Program-made: the position numbers and the translations under genes | Notes under the pieces: generated by a model | What the model saw: the letters and a program-made list of their open reading frames with translations, nothing else | Told to the model about the DNA's origin: nothing | The model's database searches: none | Assembly: GCA_034722055.1 (NCBI GenBank) | Contig: JAYENL010000114.1 | Coordinates: 1 to 10,441 of the forward strand | Direction: 5' to 3' | From: Armatimonadota bacterium | GTDB taxonomy: Bacteria; Armatimonadota; Zipacnadia; Zipacnadales; UBA5352 | DNA: 10,441 bases | Shown here: one piece after another, positions 7,922 through 10,441 of the stretch | Layout: each line of letters begins with the position of its first letter | How positions within the stretch are numbered: position 1 is the first letter of the stretch

Positions 7922-10001
7922 TCACGATGCGAACAGGTCCGGCACCAGATCCACCACGTTGAGCATGCCCAAGCCCAGGAAGTGCCGGGCAAGCTCATTG
8001 GCGATGGCATTGTCCGGGTAGTACTGGATCCGCCTCTGTGCGCCCAGCGTAATGGAGGGAGGGGCGGCGTCGGAGCCGGACTGGGTGTTTCCCTCCACGC
8101 GGTCTCGGAGGGCGGCTCCGGGCGTTGTGTCGAGCCTGAAGATGAAGTGCACGAAGCCCACGCGGCGATCCGCGCACAGCCGCCGCCACTCCTGGGGGAG
8201 CGGCGCGTCCGCCGACATCTCCAGCAGGTCAACGCGCGAGAGGTCACCGTCAGTGAAGTTCACCAGCAGACCGGTGGAGCCGGTCTGCACGACGAACTGA
8301 AGGGGCGAGCCGAGCAGAGACATCGTCCATCGCAGGGTGCGCAGCAGGGTCATGGCCTCTTTGCGGAAGGGGCGTGTGACGGCTCTGATAAGCCGGCCGG
8401 TGAGCCCCGGCGTACCGAAGTTGAGGCCCCCGTAGGGCATCTCACGGGCCACAACCTGTGAGAGCGCTTGCCAGGCGCCCCGCAGGTCGCGCACGTTGGA
8501 GAGCACGTCGGCCATCTCCAGTATCAGGGACTCCGAGACGGTGAGATCCGTGCCGGCCCCCAGCTCGATGTGGAGCGTGCCATCTCCGGTCGTGACCCAG
8601 ATGTTGGGCAGAAGTCCCGCCAGCGGCAGCCCCGGCGTCTCCCCCTCTTCCGGAGGCTGGATATGCACGTCGCGGAGGGCACACAGGGCGCCGAGCAGGG
8701 CGGGCGGCAGGGGCTCGATCATGAGATTGGGCTCCCGCCCCACCTCCTCGGGGTGCTCGAGGACGACCTGCTGGCGGATGTCGAACTGGGCGTAGATGGA
8801 CGGTGCCTGCTCCGGGACCTCCGGCTCATCGGCGGGCGGCCGGTTCTCGATGAGAAGCTTCACAACGCGGCTGGTGTGCCGCTCCCGGTGCCCGTCCTCG
8901 ATGAAGAGCCTTTCAGCCTCCCTCATGTCCCGCAGACACTGGATCGTGACCCGCTTGGTGTAGGCGATGGGCAGGTCCTCGTCGGCGAGCAGCGCGCGCA
9001 CCTGCTCGACGGTCTCGCCCTTGTACAGCCGCCAGAGCTTGAACAGGCCATCCTCCACCCGCTCGTAGAGCACCAGCGGCGTGTCCTGTCCGTCCTCGAT
9101 GACGGTCAGCATGGAGGCCTGGTCTCCCAGGACACGCCGGACGACATTCCGGACCACCGGGGCGAGGGCGTCCCCGTCCAGGTGCAACCAGGGAAAGAAG
9201 AACGGCAACGACAGCTCGTCGTAGGGCGGTGGCGTGCCCTCGGGGCGCGGTGAGCGTGAACCCCGTGAGCGTGCGTGTGCGAATCTCGGTGGCGCTGATG
9301 TGGACCAGGTGTGCCGTGATGGACACAAAGAGGAGGACCGAGAGCATCTGACGTGCCTGGCCCAGATGCTGCTGAGAGAACAGATAGCCGACGCCCAGGA
9401 GTATGATGGGGACAGCCGGAGCCATCCCGGCGAATGCCGCCGCGGCGACGGCAAGGGCGGCTATGAGAGCGACTGCCGCGATCTGCGACGCCAGCGGGGC
9501 GACCGGCATCAGGCCGGCCTAGTAGCCGATCGCGACGAGGACCGCAATCGCGGCGATGGTGACCAGCACCGGGAGCGCTCCGGGCTCGTCGAGCCGGACC
9601 CACTCGCCGCCGGTCCACATGAGGCGCGCGAGCATGGCCCCGATCCCGTAGGTGCAGATCGCCGCCATGCTCCACAGCGGGAGCATGAACCAGTGGGTGC
9701 CTTCGAGCGTGTTCCACTGCCACAGCTCACAGACCGATAGCGCGTAGCCGAAGGCTGCGCCCAGACCGAAGAGCCACAACACCCGGAGCCAATACGCCCG
9801 GTCACAGGTCAGGACGGCCACGGTGAACAGCGCCGCAAGCAGAAACGACATCAGATATTGGTTCTGGCCGAGGACCACGCCCTCGTAGACCATCGCGCCC
9901 ATGGCCGCGCAGGCTGCAAACCCGATGAGGTACGACTGCCGTTTGGCCGTCCAGATGGCCGGCTTGTCGATGGCGCCGCGCACGAGAGTGATGAGGTCCA
10001 C
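7922..10001 (-). pseudogene. Hypothetical membrane protein (about 7 N-terminal TM helices plus a ~435-aa unrecognised soluble region) interrupted by TAG at 9519-9521 and a +1 frameshift at about 9242-9245
   Basis: ORFs 9519..10001 and 8913..9509 share a frame and are separated only by TAG GCC GGC CTG. Removing one G from GGGG (9242-9245) joins '...GFTLTAP' to 'EGTPPPYDELSLPFFFPW...' of ORF 7922..9454. Could be a real pseudogene or sequencing error. Confidence 0.7.
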
Positions 10002-10194
10002 CTGCTCGCCGGGGGTTCACGCTCCTGGCGGCTCGCAAGGGCCATGGCCCGGCGCGGGCGGCCGTCGGCGACGTCCAGGTTTCAGCCCGGGGCGTCTGGC
10101 CCCAAGGTCGCAGGCCTCTTTCGCCAGGAAAGCTACTCAAGAGGTGTCCTGCTAGTGCTGCATCGCACAAGTTCGCGTACCTTGCCGCCCTTCC

Positions 10195-10424
10195 CGCGTC
10201 ACGACAAGACGCTCGCGCCCACCATGGAGGGGCCGCCGCGAGCGAAGCGAGCGGGCGAGCTGTGGGGGCGGGGAGAGACGCGCAGCGTCTCCGGGGAGCG
10301 GTGCGTTCTCTAACGCACCGCTCAGGTTCCACCCCGGCCCACCCGTCAAGTAGTGCAGGCGCCCTCGCCTGCACGCCATTCAGCGTCCTGGGCCGGGGTG
10401 GAACCTTCGGAGACCTTGGGTCTC
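10195..10424. repeat. Cluster of REP-like palindromes, including a GTAG-footed REP nested in an 18-bp perfect inverted repeat
   Basis: GAGACGC/GCGTCTC (10275-10291). GAGCGGTGCGTT-CTCT-AACGCACCGCTC (10296-10323). AGGTTCCACCCCGGCCCA (10324-10341) pairs with 10389-10406. GTAG at 10350-10353 leads into the stem GTGCAGGCG-CCCT-CGCCTGCAC (10353-10374). GAGACC/GGTCTC (10410-10424). Confidence 0.75.
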
Positions 10425-10441
10425 GCCGGGCGCAGCGCGCC

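Noticed and set aside
486..9740. Numerous long plus-strand ORFs (e.g. 3870..4793, 6984..8021, 8468..9253, 3102..3833, 1794..2492)
   Set aside because: They are antisense shadows of GC-rich minus-strand genes, with no recognisable motifs.
9802..10379. ORFs 9802..10374, 9858..10313 and 10152..10379
   Set aside because: Arg/Pro/Ala-rich translations crossing the palindrome cluster and overlapping the membrane gene; no coding signal.

Overview
GC-rich bacterial window in which all credible genes lie on the minus strand. In transcription order (right to left): (1) a cluster of REP-like palindromes (about 10195-10424); (2) a ~690-codon multi-TM membrane protein with an unrecognised soluble C-terminal region, interrupted by an in-frame TAG and a +1 frameshift; (3) a PilS-like TM/PAS/HisKA sensor kinase truncated before its ATPase domain; (4) an SBBP beta-propeller putative lipoprotein broken by a small deletion; (5) an intact ~1159-aa signal-peptide-bearing TPR-like/CHAT (caspase-like, clan CD) protease; (6) a zinc-ribbon/class III nucleotidyl cyclase/AAA ATPase truncated before Walker B; (7) a tRNA-3'-end-like junction with a hairpin and a small HTH ORF, possibly the edge of an integrated element; (8) the start of another gene running off the left edge. 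The most striking feature is five copies of an Arg-flanked heptapeptide G[L/M/S]YMPIR in two separate clusters of the CHAT protease, conserved as protein despite synonymous codon differences. This suggests self-cleavage sites or released peptides. All calls come from manual motif reading; no searches were run.
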